Counted from the stretch's first letter, positions 1-13,744 are shown. The stretch: DNA of 64,000 nucleotides from Eledone cirrhosa (GCA_964016885.1 OZ024740.1:233058001-233122000); one strand, 5' to 3'. The notes: generated by a model not told the origin, from the letters alone. Numbers and translations are program-made.

Positions 1-646
1 GGATTGAGGGAAAACACCTTTCTCTCCAGACAACAACTTATCCCCTTCTTTAAGTACCACTTCAGAAGGAAGGTGAGAGTGGAGAGAGAGGTGCTACACC
101 CCAGTAAATTCGCTGAAAGGTGGGTGAATGTGACAAAAATGGCCCGAGTGAATGGGCCTTCTCTGTATATAAACCTGTAGGTTGAGGAAGATAAACAGAG
201 GGAAGACAGGAACACCTACAAAACGTGTTCCTGGTGTTGAGGGTTGTTCTATCCACGGGGTGTAAAACAACTCTGCAGTAACGTTCCTCTCTACTGTGGA
301 TTTCAATTATTATTTTATTATATATCAGGGCGGTGGATTGGCAGTATCAGTAGAGGGTCGGACGCCATGCTTTCCAGCATAGTTACGTCCCTTTATGATC
401 TGAGTTCAAATCCCGCCGAGGTTGACTTTGCCTTTCATCCTTACGGGGTCGATAAAATAAAGTACCAGTAATGCACTGGGTAATTGCTGGCCTTGTGCCT
501 AAAGTAGAAACAATTATTTTATTATATATAGTTTATTGTTATTTATTAATGTTAAAGTTATTTTTATGTAAAATCCCCGCCGTCACGTCTTGTAATGTCC
601 CATTTTTGTACGCCCCTGTGGCAAATAAAGAAAGATATCTATCTAT
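1..646 (+). mobile_element. 3' end of an L1/Tx1-like LINE (ORF2 C-terminus, 3' UTR, AATAAA, TATC repeats), interrupted by a SINE
   Basis: Frame 1 is open from the window edge to TAG at 178-180 (GLRENTFLS...FKYHFRRKVRVEREVLHPSKFAERWVNV). 3' UTR ends GCAAATAAAGAAAGATATCTATC. An uninterrupted second copy lies at 14417-14638 (-). Clade assignment is from recalled similarity. Confidence 0.6.
326..517 (+). mobile_element. tRNA-derived SINE, family S1, full length
   Basis: A-box-like TGGCAGTATCAG, B-box GAGTTCAAATCC, central GCCTTTCATCCTTACGGGGTCGATAAAATAAAGTACCAG (Nin/Deu-like domain), tail GTAGAAACAATTATT. TSD ATTATTTTATTATATAT at 309-325 and 513-529. Confidence 0.9.
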
Positions 647-807
647 GAAACTCTCTCTCTCGTTCTCTTTTTCTATTATATGTATATATATATATATATA
701 AGTATGTAAAAGGTAACACACGCATATATATATATACATGTATACATGCGCGCACACACATATATGTTTATGTGCACACACACACACACAGGCATACATA
801 CATGTAT

Positions 808-885
<78 letters not shown>

Positions 886-1043
886 CATACATATATATAT
901 ACAGTATATATATGTAAAAGTTCTATTTAAATTGTTGGGATACAACAAGCAAATATGTTTATAACTGATATAAAGCACTCAACAAATAATTGGAGTAAAA
1001 ATACGATATTAACAAATGGAAACTATATTTATAAAACCATATT

Positions 1044-1108
1044 TATTCCATTATACATATTTCAAGGACACGAAGTTAAATTATGGTGTGCCTTCATCAG
1101 ATAAAATA
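1044..1108 (-). ncRNA. minimal type I hammerhead ribozyme in Penelope-like pLTR fragment (family A, about 913-1183)
   Basis: Minus strand: TATTTTAT CTGATGA AGGCACAC..GTGTCCTT GAAA TATGTA TA ATGGAATA. Stem I is 8 bp including G-U pairs; followed by AATAAA; flanked by (TA)n. Confidence 0.8.
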
Positions 1109-1379
1109 TAATATAGAGCAGTTTTATAAATAAATATTGACATACCCTTAAAGAATGCAACCATTACTGTTGGAAGCTCCCGGATATATATATATATATA
1201 TATGCACATTGAAAAGAAGACCAATTTTATTTTAATTACCGCATGTTTCTCCCACATCCTGAAAAATAAATACTATAATTAATTATTAGTTAATTAATTA
1301 TATGAACAAATGATTGAATTCCTCAGAATTTGTAAAAAAAATATAATAAACATTTTTACCTCTTAGAATCATTTTGTAC

Positions 1380-4245
1380 GACGAGGGGAATAAAGGCAGC
1401 CTTTACAAAAGCCCTCTTCGTGGGTTTGACAAAGTCCCAGATTTGTGATTGGTACGAATGAGACGACTGAAACTGAAACTACAATATGATGAGGAAAGCA
1501 ATAAAAAAAAAATACTGCATCTTGCTTCACCCGGGTTAACAAGTGATGCGCTCAGGCCCTACGTAGAGGGGCCTGCGACCTGTGTTGATACACGCAAGGT
1601 GCCGGCTGTCAGAATGTTTTAGGGACTGGATCCCATTTGGAGGGAGAATTTGCCTCTTGAAGCTTAGGCTGAAAGATAGGTCTCGGTGGGTGGTTCAAGT
1701 TTATGCAAAAAAAAAACAAGAAAACGGAATATATGTCCTTCCTTAGTGAAGTCACAGCAGCGTTCGGTGTAGTTAAGACTGAGTCATACATCCTAATGGG
1801 AGACTTCAATGCATATGATGGCACTGAGCCCCTGACATGGAAAGGAGTGATTGGAAGGAAAGGCGGCTACGATCTAAATACGAATGGAGACGTTTTACTT
1901 GACTTCAGTTCTAGCAATGGACTCTCTATTATGAACACTTTTTTCCAGCACAAAGATCAATAATTGATTCAGTTATTGAATCTGATCTCTTTGATTATGT
2001 GCAGGATATTTGTTTTAAAAAAGGTGCCAAGCTATCAATCAGTCACCATCTAGTTATCTGCAATTTGAGGCCACCTAAATCCAAAGAAGCTCACAATACT
2101 TGCAGGTCCTATGGCGTCCTAGAGATTAAGGCGGGAAGCGTCGGCGGATAAGGAATTCAGGAGCAAATATGTAGCGACTATTGCATCCAAATTCAGTGAA
2201 CTCCCTGATCAAACTGAGCACGTTGAAACAGTGTGGAGATTGTTCAGTTCAGCAGTGTCTGCTTTAGATGATTATATGCTGCGGTTGAAAGAGGTTTGGT
2301 ATGGCAGCGGATGTTAGGAGGATACCTTGATTCAATCATGAGGTCAATGATGCCATCCGAGCAAAGAAGGAGAATTACAAATCTTGCCTTAGAAATACAT
2401 CCTTCTTCTTGTACTTATGGTACAGGCAGGCACGAAGAATCGTAGCAGAGACAGAAAAGGCGTCCAAAGTTAAGACATGGGAGGACTTTGGAGTTAAGTT
2501 CAAATCCGACCTCAGATCAGCAAATAAAGTGTTCTGGCAGACCATCCGTCATAATAAGAAGTCCTCCACCACACCTACTATCAAGAACACGTCTGGAGTT
2601 CTCCACTCTTCAGAGAGGTGCATTCTTGTGAGATGGAGAGAATATTTTGCTAATCTCCTAAACCCAATCACAACAGCATATTTGAGTGTACACGAGGTGC
2701 ATATGAGTGCAGTGATTAATCTCTCGGGGGCTGAGATCAGAAGAGCAGTTAAAGCGCTCAAATTTTTCAAGGCCGCTGGGGATGATGAAATCCGGACCGG
2801 GACGTTAAAAGCCCAAAGCGGAGAAGGCGTTCTCTGGCTGAATCATGTGAACAGGTCGGGCTGGATCTCAGGAAAGGCAATCGGAAGTAATAATCCCAAT
2901 TTTCAAAAAGGGAGAAAAAGAGAGATTGTTCCAATTACAGAGGGATCTCTCTATTAAGCCTCCCCGGTAAATTCTATGCTAAGTGTCTGGCAAATAGATG
3001 CAAGGAGATTGTAGAGGACAAGCTAGCTAGTGAACAGTGTGGTTTTCTCTCCGGATGCAACTTAGTCGACCAAATATTCACACTGCGGCAGCTCTTCGAG
3101 AATTCGTGGGAGTATTGCCAAGAGGTATATTCTTATTTTGTTGATATTGTACTGGAATGTGACCGCGTTCCTCGGGATCGGCTGTAGAAAGTTCTACAGC
3201 AGTATGGAATCGAGGGTCAGCTCCTTGTTGCTCTGATTTTTCAATACGAATGCCCTAGTATTTTTGTTAAAATAAATGGTGCTAAATCAATACCGTCAGA
3301 CTTCTCGAAGGGTGCGTACTCTCACCTCTTCTGTTCATCATTATTTACCCGAGGTTAACTTTGCCTTTCATCCTTACGGGGTCAATAAAATAAAGTACCA
3401 GTAATGTACTGGGTAATTGCTGGCCTTGTGCCAAAAGTAGAAACAATTATTTACATCAACAGGAGTGACATGCACAGCCTACTTAGATGTGGTATCAGTC
3501 GGCTGGAATTTGCAGACGACTTTGTGTTACTTAGCTCGACAGGAGATGATCACTGATGCCAGGTGCTGCATGGCTGGAATGAAAATCAGTGCTGCGAAAA
3601 CTGAGACACTCGTCCTCTCAAGAAAGCCTGCGTAGTGCTCTCTACATGTGAATGGAGTTCCACTGAAGCGAGTGTAGAATTTCAAGTATCGCGGGGTCGT
3701 TTTCAGGAGTTATGGAAGACTGGAGGCTGTATTAAGGGCAAGATTTGTGCCAGCTTCAGCATTCGGTAATCAGAAGTGGGTAGGCGTAAAAGCCAAACTT
3801 GCTAACTTCAATTCGGTATTCGTGCTAAACTTTACCTAAGGTCAAGAACCTGGTGTAATGACCGAAAGAATACGATCGTGAATACAAGAAGAGATTGCCC
3901 GTTAGGGTATTTGGAATAGTGTGTAGATCAGAGATCAGAGATCAGAGAATGAATCCAGGTAGAGCCGCTACTTCTCCGAATTGAGTGATCACAGCTCCGA
4001 TACTGTGGACATGTCGTTAGAATTTCTCCGGAAAATCTCGCTGGTCAGATCTTACGGGCGAAACCAATCGGTAGGAGATCGAAGGGTAGACCTCAAGGAA
4101 GATAGTTGGATAACATCCTTGAGCTTGTTTGGTCTCGCCTGGGAATCCAGCCGGATCAATTGAAGACGGTTGTTTCTGATAGGATCCGCTGGAAGGAGAA
4201 TTTGAGGAGACTTCCCCACGACCTTTTCGGGAATAGGTGGGCGAA

Positions 4246-4248
<3 letters not shown>
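1380..4248 (+). mobile_element. degenerate RTE-clade (Expander/Rex3-like) LINE, APE endonuclease plus RT
   Basis: Fragmented motifs ILMGDFNA, NGLSIMNTFFQHK, WEDFG, ANKVFWQTIR, RWREYFANLLNP, KAAGDDEIR, NYRGISLLSLPGK, EQCGF, LSPLLF, FADD, with many stops and frameshifts. Related copies at 38.1 kb and 60.4 kb. Confidence 0.85.
3349..3450 (+). mobile_element. 5'-truncated S1 SINE inserted in the RTE RT region
   Basis: S1 core and tail; 9-bp TSD ATTATTTAC at 3340-3348 and 3446-3454, just after the LSPLLF codons. Confidence 0.85.
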
Positions 4249-4287
<39 letters not shown>

Positions 4288-4719
4288 GAGGTGTGAATGT
4301 ATGTGTATACCCCTGCGAGCGTCGTAATATCTTTTATGAAAACACGACATAAAAACAATATGCAACTCGACCTACAAAATCTTTAATATGAAATGTAAGG
4401 TACTTTGAAGATGCCAAAAACAGTGTGGTGTTATCTAGCACTGTTTATAAATAGTTCTCTTTAAATAGATAGAATATGTTTAGAGATAATTATAATTGGT
4501 GACTAAATTGAAATAATGTAGCCTGGTAAAACATATTTCTGAAAGAACATTACATTACAACAAAGTATGTATCGTGTATCATTGCGGAGAATAACTCAAA
4601 ATCATTTAATCCTCCATCTGCTAGTAAATAACCCAAATATGATAAATTGTGAATCCTATAATCTTTGAATCACTAGCTGTCTGGACTTGAAATCAGTTGA
4701 CTAGTGATACTATACAGCG

Positions 4720-4931
4720 CGCTGGTTCATCAGTATAGTTAGAGTATCGGGCAAAATGGTTTGTAGCATTTTGTTACGTCCCTTTACATTCTGAGATCAA
4801 ATCCCGCCGAGGTCAATTTTGACTTTCAGCCTTCGATAAAATAAAGTATGCCTAAAATATTGAGGTTGATTTAACTGACTTCCCGTTCCTGTAAATTGCT
4901 GGCCTTGTGCGTATATTAGAAACAATTATTA
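4720..4931 (+). mobile_element. degenerate S1-type SINE
   Basis: GAGATCAAATCCCGCCGAGG and tail GCTGGCCTTGTGCGTATATTAGAAACAATTATTAT. Confidence 0.75.
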
Positions 4932-5595
4932 TCCTATCTTGTGGAAAAAGAGCAGTTCAGCACAGTTATATATATTTTTAATATATTGTTTGATAAGCTC
5001 ACCTAAACGTAAAAATATATTTGATATAATTGCAGTATGGAGAAGATCCTTACTTATTTTGTTATTGTAAGGGATGACATTTAAAAAAATGTGTTATGCG
5101 TGTAATTAAATAAATAAAATAGAATTAGATGTAGAGAACACATAGTTCATAAATGGATTTGATTTTTTGAAAGCCACTAATTTATATGCTTACGTATAAC
5201 AAATACTTTGATATGTTATGGGGAAATATATGATATTTAGTTTTGAATATTTTGGTAGAAATTTCATCCAAGGATATATATATGCAATATTGTTAAAGGC
5301 ACACACACACACACATGCACATATACACCTAAACACACCTAAACACACACACACACACATACACACGTATATATATATGCCAAGAGATGGCAACATGAAT
5401 GGACCTGTTATTTTACTCTAAAAACATTTTTTCCAATACCAGCCCTTCAATCTTTCTAATTTCTCATTATTTCTTCTGATGAAGGACTAACATCCGAAAT
5501 GGTGAGACCTCCTTCGTGCTATTTCAAGCGTCAACCTAATATATTCTTTCCATATACTGTACCGATTGTGTTGTTATTTATGTTTATCTTTTACG

Positions 5596-5628
<33 letters not shown>

Positions 5629-5639
5629 GTGTATGTCTG

Positions 5640-5930
5640 TTCGTGTTTTGGACCTTTGATGGTCCCGACTAAGAGTGCTCCACGCAATTCGATCAACGGA
5701 ATAGTCTGCTCGTGGAATTAACATGTAAATAGCTGAACTTTCTAAACAGGGTGAGTCACTGTGTGACAAAACAGATCCTTTGAATTACAAATCGTTTTCG
5801 TTAGCTAACTGGCCTGAAAAAACAAGAAATATACTCTCTTGTTAAAGAACACGACGCGCCGTCGGGAATCGAACTCATGACAACTCGATCATGAACCAAG
5901 CATTATAACCACTAAGCCACGCAATTTACA
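5640..5930 (-). mobile_element. tRNA-derived SINE, family S2, degenerate
   Basis: Minus strand head GTGGCTTAGTGGTTA (A box) and GAGTTCGATTCCCGAC (B box); body shared with 57300-57632. Confidence 0.65.
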
Positions 5931-5969
5931 CACACAAACTCAAGTTTATATATATTATGGTATTCGTTC

Positions 5970-6070
5970 CGGTTATCTGCTCTCGGAGTTCAAATCTCAC
6001 CGAAATCAACATGGCCTTTCATCCTTTCGAGTTCGATAAAAGTACCAGCCTAGTAGTACTGGAGTTGATT
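5970..6070 (+). mobile_element. partial S1-type SINE
   Basis: GAGTTCAAATCTCACCGAAATCAACATGGCCTTTCATCCTTTCGAGTTCGATAAAAGTACCAG. Confidence 0.65.
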
Positions 6071-6431
6071 CTTTCTCTCTTTCTCATTTCCTCTCTCTCT
6101 CTCAATTTCCTTTTTTCTCTGGAAGAAATCTGCTGTAGTCAGGCCTGGAGAGAGATGGGCTCCGCCAGGCTTAAAATGTCCAATAAAGGCCGTATGTCAA
6201 TACGGCACCCCTACGACTCTCTCAGTAGTTTACGGGACCATAGATACATACATATATCAAATAACCTGCTAATTTTAAGTTTTCCAGACGTGCTGGCAGT
6301 TCCTCAATTTTATCTGCGTAACCGACAACACAACGGGAAAAAACACAAGTGAAACAGGTCAAGATATTAGCGTATTGAATTACTGCACTCTGCTGTGTAA
6401 CTAAGTGCTTATCTCCGATTTATTAAAATGA

Positions 6432-6529
<98 letters not shown>

Positions 6530-7409
6530 CATTTTTGTTGTAAACATCACTTGCTTGTCAAAATTACTTATTACATAGAGCAAACATTACTTATCCTCAG
6601 AAACAGAATTACTATCTATAGCAACAAATACGGGATCTCAGTACTAGACAGACTTAATAAGCATATAGACTCATGTGCAAATATACCCCCCTTCCCTCCC
6701 ACACACACAAATTAATTCTTCTATTGTCATGGGAATTTAATACATGCACCTAGCGGAGGACTCACAACATTTCATGCCTGACTCTATAACTATTCAAAAT
6801 TAATCAGAATTAATCTTAAAGAAATAGCAATTTGAGCCACATTCTCTCTACAAAAACGAATGTATTTTCAAATTACGGTCAGGCGCGAGACATTTACAGC
6901 ATAGCTCTAAATCCCTCGATCTCACACTACCTTTGAAAATCATGATGTTGTCAAGTCGGTGATAAATTGTCAACAAAATCGTTTTAATCTTCCCATTCAA
7001 ATATATAGAAGTCAAAAATTAAAACATGGAACAAACGTAGGACAGTGAAAACAACATGATTACTCGCTCGTCAGTTAGTTTCTGGAGACTTTGTAGTTCC
7101 CTGTACTAAGATACATTTAGTCATTCCGGTGCACCAATATTTTCTAAAAAAACTAAGTGAGATACGAGACAATACGAGACAATAGCAAAACACGGCACAT
7201 GTCAAGGTTTTCAACCGGTTGGACAAGAAATACAAGACAAAGATTGTACATACCAATACGAGACGGAAAAAGCCCTAGAATTAGAAGCAAATGTGTAGAA
7301 GAAAGGTAACCGGGGTGGAAAGAGAAAATCTGTAACCTATATATATATACATATATATTCATTCGGATCTAGCTGTCGAGGCTCAGCCGTCGGGGTCCTG
7401 AATCTTTGC

Positions 7410-7466
<57 letters not shown>

Positions 7467-7471
<5 letters not shown>

Positions 7472-7891
7472 ATATTTGGGGAGGGTCATATTTGCGTAAT
7501 ATTGCCAGAATTAATAACAGAACACACTCACTGTTTGGTTGGTTTTCGCTTCTCGCTGTCTTTTATATATATATATCTGCGATCTAACTTACTCGGTCCT
7601 CAATGTTGCCATTGACTGACTGGCGGTCAAAAATAATACAGATACAATATAGACAAACACATATATATATAGTTTACATAATTTACATAAATCTTTCGTT
7701 GCACATCTGCAACATCGTCAGTGGTGTTATATTCATTGTTCCTCCTGTTGTGTTGTATGTCTACGCCATTGAGTGTGTTCTGTTATTAATTCTGGCAATA
7801 TTACGCAAATATGACCCTCCCCAAATATAACAATATCTGTTTCGACACACGATTTCATATAAAAAACCTCGCAAAACTAATTCATCGCCGC
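7467..7891. mobile_element. Penelope-like element, family C, about 64-bp inverted ends with internal hammerhead-like motif (7686-7724, -)
   Basis: 7467-7530 is inverted at 7770-7833. Minus strand CCA CTGACGA T GTTGCA GATG TGCAAC GAAA GATT TA TG. Between (TA)n tracts. Relatives at 8871-9180, 27708-27980, 40635-40925. Confidence 0.65.
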
Positions 7892-7976
<85 letters not shown>

Positions 7977-7978
<2 letters not shown>

Positions 7979-8265
7979 AAAAGAAATTGAAGATCCAACT
8001 AGAGTCTTTTAAGAATATTTATTTATTTACTTTACCGGTTTAACAGTTCTGTGATTTTCAAAAGTAAAATGTAGATGGAGGAGAGACAAACCACAACAGA
8101 GACACAAACCCTCCATATTAATTTTACTTTTGAAAATCATAAGAACTGTGAAACCCGTAAAGTAAATAAATATATATTCTTAAAAGACTCCAGTCGCATT
8201 ATAATTTCTTTTCCTTATACTTTCACCCGTGTGGGACACTATTTTTAAATAAACCCTCCTTTTCT
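7977..8265. mobile_element. fold-back Penelope-like element, family D, with U3-A8 hammerhead variant (8123-8166, +)
   Basis: Arms about 7977-8078 and 8110-8214. TTTACTT TTGAAAA TCATAAGAACTGT GAAA CCCG TA AAGTAAA, 7-bp stem I. Relatives at 9240-9450 and 24171-24383. Confidence 0.65.
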
Positions 8266-8286
8266 TATATATATATATATATATAA

Positions 8287-8736
8287 ACGGAAAAAATGAA
8301 AAGAAATTTCATTTCCCACTCTTAGTACGGCTGTTACTTAAATATAAGTATGTATACGTACATACATATATGTATACAGACGTACAGTAGTATGTATATA
8401 TACATACATGCACACATATATATATATGTACGTATGGATTCACCGAACATTTATTATAATGCTCGGTGTGTTTGGCAGGAAGGTATACGTTGCTGACGAT
8501 AGCTAATAAGCTTGAAACTAGTACGGCGTTCCTTTGTCAGTGTTGAACAAACGAGCAACGATGGTTGCTAGACACTACGGCTTAATTCGGGATGTTTGTT
8601 TACAAACACACCGAGCATTATAATAAATGTTCGGTGAATCCATACGTACATATATATATATATATGTGCGCATGTATGTATATATATATACACACTACTG
8701 TACGTCTGTATACATATATGTATGTACGTATACATA

Positions 8737-8742
<6 letters not shown>
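8287..8742. mobile_element. fold-back Penelope-like element, family E
   Basis: Arms about 8342-8474 and 8603-8742 enclose a hammerhead; near-identical copies at 28856-29630 and 46171-46636. Confidence 0.8.
8487..8529 (+). ncRNA. minimal type I hammerhead ribozyme (family E)
   Basis: ACGTTG CTGACGA T AGCT AATA AGCT T GAAA CTAG TA CGGCGT; 6-bp stem I, palindromic ACTAGT stem III, predicted cut after 8523. Confidence 0.8.
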
Positions 8743-8820
<78 letters not shown>

Positions 8821-8828
8821 AATATATA

Positions 8829-8872
<44 letters not shown>

Positions 8873-9078
8873 TTTCTGAATTTGTTTAGCAAGATTCTTT
8901 AACTGAAAACGTGTGTTGAAACCGATATTGTTATACTTTGGGAGGGTCATGTTGCTAATAAGAAACACACGCACCAGATGCTTTCACTTCAATTTATTAT
9001 AATAAATTTATAAATTTAGGAATTTATGAATTTCCGGTTGGTTGGTTGGTTCCACAACCAGATGATTGTTTATATATT

Positions 9079-9121
9079 GTCAAAGTTCTTTTGTCACACA
9101 TTCTGTGACCTCTTCAGTGAC
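9079..9121 (-). ncRNA. hammerhead motif with G12>A lesion (family C relative)
   Basis: GTCA CTGAAGA G GTCACA GAATG TGTGAC AAAA GAAC TT TGAC; perfect stems I and II. Confidence 0.6.
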
Positions 9122-9173
9122 TGGGGATTCTTTTCTTTGTTTTTGTGCCTCTCCTTTGTTCTGTCCTACGCCG

Positions 9174-9239
<66 letters not shown>

Positions 9240-9245
<6 letters not shown>

Positions 9246-9450
9246 GTGAGGTCCTTTTTACAAAATGAAAAATAACCGAGGTGTCCTACACGAGTGAAAG
9301 TATAAAGAAAAAGAGATGAAATCGAAAATGCAACTGGAGTTTTATTTTCTTTAAAATATATATATTTATTTGGTTCCTTTACCGGTTTCGCTGTTGTTCT
9401 GCTTTTCAAAAGTAGAGTTGAGATGGAGGGTCTGTGGTTTTTCTCACATC
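9240..9450 (-). mobile_element. family D pLTR fragment with U3-A8 hammerhead (9377-9412)
   Basis: Minus strand CTT TTGAAAA GC AGAACAACA GC GAAA CCGG TA AAG; near-identical to 24171-24383. Confidence 0.6.
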
Positions 9451-9451
9451 T

Positions 9452-9571
<120 letters not shown>

Positions 9572-10408
9572 AGTGTGGGTGTGTGCGTGCGTACGTGTGC
9601 GTCTGTGTGTTCATGTGTCTGTGAGTGGATGTGTGTATGTCTGTTTCTGTGTATACGATTGCAATGACACATTTTTTGCTGTTGTCACAAAGACATTGAG
9701 AAATAATTGTAGGAAATGTCTATGATAAGCAATCTACACAGGCACATACTTTACACGAATATGCACACACATTTACAAATATATAGATAAATGTACGTAG
9801 ACACACACAGAAAAATATAGAGCGAGGCATTTGTGTGCGTGAATGTTTCAAGTTTAGATTCTTCTACAGATTGGACAACGAGACGAGAATATAGAGAAAT
9901 GTATATATGGATTAAGAGATAGAAAGATAGGAAGACATATACAGAGATATGTATATAGATAATAATCTACATACGCACACATAAAGACATTTATGCGTGT
10001 TTGTATGTTAGTATATATGTTTGTTTCTTTTTCCGTTACTGCAAAGACCTTGCTGGAGCACGGCAACACATGTATAACACACACACACACACACACACAC
10101 GCACTCACACACACATATATATATATATAATATACACACACATATATATATATATATTCATTAAAATAACAGATCAAAGTTTAAGCAAAGAATCGCTGCT
10201 TTCACCCTTAACGGGATCTTCTGAAACTAAAAAAGTCAATCTTAACTTTGATCTGTTATTTTAATAAATATTTGCTCTACGGTTCTTATATATTTGATAT
10301 ATATTTATCCTTATTGAGCTCTCTTTGGATTTTAGTCTTCAAATTTATTATTATTACTATATATATATATATATATAGTAATAATAATAAGTATATATAT
10401 ATATATAT

Positions 10409-10582
10409 ATAATATAAGATCAAAAGATGGTTAAAAGAGTTCGCATTTCAAAATAATACTTGGAACTCTTTTAACCATCTTTTGATCTTTTATTATTTAT
10501 ACTCCAGTCCTACAAACTGTAGAGTGCTACTTATCCGATATTTGCATTGCTTTATTTTGCTACAATAAAACTCACCTCCTAC
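10409..10582. mobile_element. short fold-back copy of family G
   Basis: AATATAAGATCAAAAGATGGTTAAAAGAGTTC is inverted about 20 nt later; tail matches 34827-34912. Confidence 0.7.
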
Positions 10583-10682
10583 ATATATATATATATATCA
10601 CACACACATATATATATACATATATAATATACATATATATATAAATAAATAAATAAATAAATATATATATATATATATTTAT

Positions 10683-11236
10683 GTTTGTTGGTTCACCACT
10701 GGATAGAACTAGTCATTTCGTATGGTCAACCTTGATGTAATATTAGGGACAGCACTCGACGTAATGCAACTCACCAGTCTTCGTTTGTGTTGTTGATGGT
10801 GCGAGTACTTATAAAATAAGAAGAGGCTGGACTGGTGTAATTCCTTAAAGGTTTATTATACTATGAACATTTCAATGACAGGGTTCAGTATGAATCCGGT
10901 GACATCATCAGGTATTCGAAATTTAACAAAGGAATATAATCCATAGGGTTGAAAATGTAGAGTGACAAGAAGGTGACCACACATTTAGTAGTTTCTAGTT
11001 CGGTCGGCCGCCCTCAAGTCCGACCGAACGAGGGCGGCCGACCGAACTAGAAACTGTTAAATGTGTGGCCGCCTTCTTGTCACTCTGCCTTTTCAACCCC
11101 ATAGATTATATTCCTTTGTTAAATTTAGAATACCTGATTATGTCACCGGATTCATACTGAACCCTGTCATTGAAATGTTCATAGTATAATAAATCTCCAA
11201 GGAATTACACCAGTCCAGCCTCCTGTTATTTTATAA
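10683..11236. mobile_element. fold-back Penelope-like element, family H, hammerheads at 10858-10915 (-) and 11130-11187 (+, G8>T)
   Basis: Arms 10809-11015 and 11030-11236. ATAC CTGATGA [interrupted stem II] GAAA TGTTCA TA GTAT AATAAA. One-sided extension 10683-10808. Confidence 0.75.
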
Positions 11237-12435
11237 TATATATATATATATAAATGAATGAAAAATGGCGAGCTGTGTTGTTGCATTTATGTATAATAAA
11301 TGAAGAATTAGAAATAGAAGCCAGGACTATCCGTCATCAGTTGTCTACTAGCCATCATAGGTATTTCTTCGCATTACAGACTATATACCTCCAGCTAGGG
11401 CGATACAATAACTAAATTAAGTTATTGGGATAAAAAGAGTTGCGTGGAGAAAGAGAGACATGTAAACAAACACGAATGGTGAGGCGACGTTTAAGGGAGG
11501 AAAAAATGAGAAAATCAAGTCAATGATTCATTTCGAACATAATAACGTGCGAATATTGACGAGAAGGCAAAGACACATCTTGGCCGTGCGAAAGTGAGCG
11601 AGGAAAGAATCTCGTACGGTGTGGGACGATGGAGGAAGTGAGAGAGAGGGTGAGTAGCAGATAGTGAGTGAGTTAAAGTGTGAGGAAGAGGCTAGCCGAA
11701 AGAGGGTGACTAGCAGAGGGGGTGAGTGAAAGTAAGAGGGAGAAGGAGAGAGAAGGGGGAGAGAGAAAGAGGATAGCAGTAAGGGAAGAGAAAATGACAG
11801 GACACAGCGAAGGGGAAAGCATATATATATATATATATATATACATATTAAAAAAGTGGTGCACATGACAAAAACAACGGAATAAAACAAGGAAAAAACC
11901 AAATGGCCCCTTCTCTTCAGTAAACCCCTGAAATCACTATAGTCTCGGTATATTAATGTTGATAGTATTCATTTCATTGCAAATTTTGAGCAACAAACAG
12001 TGAGACACAGAACAAATTGTGCCTTTCGGCGAATTACACATATAAGCTCGAAAAAATAAAGACAAAATGCTACAAACCAATATTCTTCCACTAAAAAGGA
12101 AAATATAGAAAGGTTGGGCGCGGTAGTTTAGTCAAAGAGAGAAACAAATGAAACTGGTTTTGACTTCTTTCTCCGGTGCGAAGACAAAGAGAAATGCCGG
12201 GGAGGCAGAAGAATGGAAAAATGAGAAAAAAATGATGAGAGGAAGACCGATATCGAGTGGTGTAAAATTAATTTTTAGATACGTGTTCAAAAAATCCGGG
12301 AGGCTAAGATCATATCGAATAGGAATAAAAGGAAAAGAAAACCGCACAAGACAAAGATAAAGGAAAAAAAAACAATGGAAAAATCTAGTCGCCTCTTTTC
12401 AGCCAACCTCTAGAGATCACTCTAGTTTGGCTTAA

Positions 12436-12627
12436 TAATTGTTTCTACTTTAGGCACAAGGCCAGCAATTATCCCAGTGTATTACTGGTACTTTATTTTA
12501 TCGACCCCGTAAGGATGAAAGGCACAGTTAACCTCGGCGAGATTTGAACTCAGACCATAAAGGGCCGTAACTCTTTGCTGCAAAGCATGGAGTCCGACCC
12601 TCTACCGATACTGCCAATCCACCGCCC
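12436..12627 (-). mobile_element. S1 SINE, full length
   Basis: Reverse complement of S1; TSD TAGTTTGGCTTAATAAT at 12423-12439 and 12651-12667. Confidence 0.9.
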
Positions 12628-13469
12628 TTAATAATTTGGCTTAATAATAATAGTTTGGCTTAATAATACTAGTTATTCCAGGCGGCGCGCGTATATGCAC
12701 ACTCCCTAATCTATCTATGCCGACTATCAGGTTACCTTATCAACAATGTAGAATACGCAAGAGACCGTGAGTGTTATATAAGTTTACCGGCAACAAATCT
12801 GATGGCCCATACATTAGCACATAGAAAACAAAGGACATAAAAACACTTGTACTTCTCTCAAAAAACATCTATCATCAGAGTACATAGTCAAGAATGGAAA
12901 CATAGTTGCTCTTTCTCTATATAGATGATAAACACAACCACAAGAATATAGTCCGAACGTGGAAAGACCGAACTCCCACTGTCATCGCCCCCATCTCTCT
13001 CGCCCCCCTCATCTCTCTGTATGGTGAGCAAATGGGGTCCCACGTGCTGGCCTCCTTTACAGCCCGGCGTACAGAATGGAGAAGGTATGTCCCTGGGGAA
13101 TGGTAAGGAACGTAGTAGTGACAACAGATCTGAATTACACGAGTCCAACTGGCTCTTGTGACCGGTCGCATCATGTTACGTTCTCATTGTCACAATTCTA
13201 CCAATAGCTAGTCAAACAACAAAGTTCAATACGTAAGGACAAGACTCACCGATGTTATAACGAGGTTAATATTACGAAGTATATGGTAAAAAAAATGTGT
13301 TTGGTTTCGACCCTCTTGATTGACTGTACTCTACTATATTTCCTACTCGCATTCTTAATCACACATCTCACACTGCTTCATATGATCTATATAGTTCACA
13401 CACGCGCGCACACACGCACACAAACACACACACACACACACATATATAAATATATTTGTGTATATATAT

Positions 13470-13558
<89 letters not shown>

Positions 13559-13744
13559 CGTGAGTGTATGTGTGTGTGAGTGTATGTGTGTGTGTGAGTG
13601 AGTGTATGTGTGTGTGTGTATATACCCATATGCATGGGTGTTTGTAACAACTTGATGTGAGAGTAATATAATGTGATAGAAAGATAGAAATGTAGAAAGA
13701 AAAGAGCCCGTGAGAATGAGAGCGTGTCAATGGTTTATATTTAT

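Noticed and set aside
5472-5500. CTGATGA AGGA CTAACA TCC GAAA motif; similar ones at about 15090-15126 (-), 10195-10228 (-) and 62290-62325
   Set aside because: Probably decayed Penelope hammerheads, but the core, cleavage triplet or stem I is broken, so not called.
11320-11345. Minus-strand CTGATGA CGGATAGTCC (relative at 44410)
   Set aside because: No GAAA follows the putative stem II.
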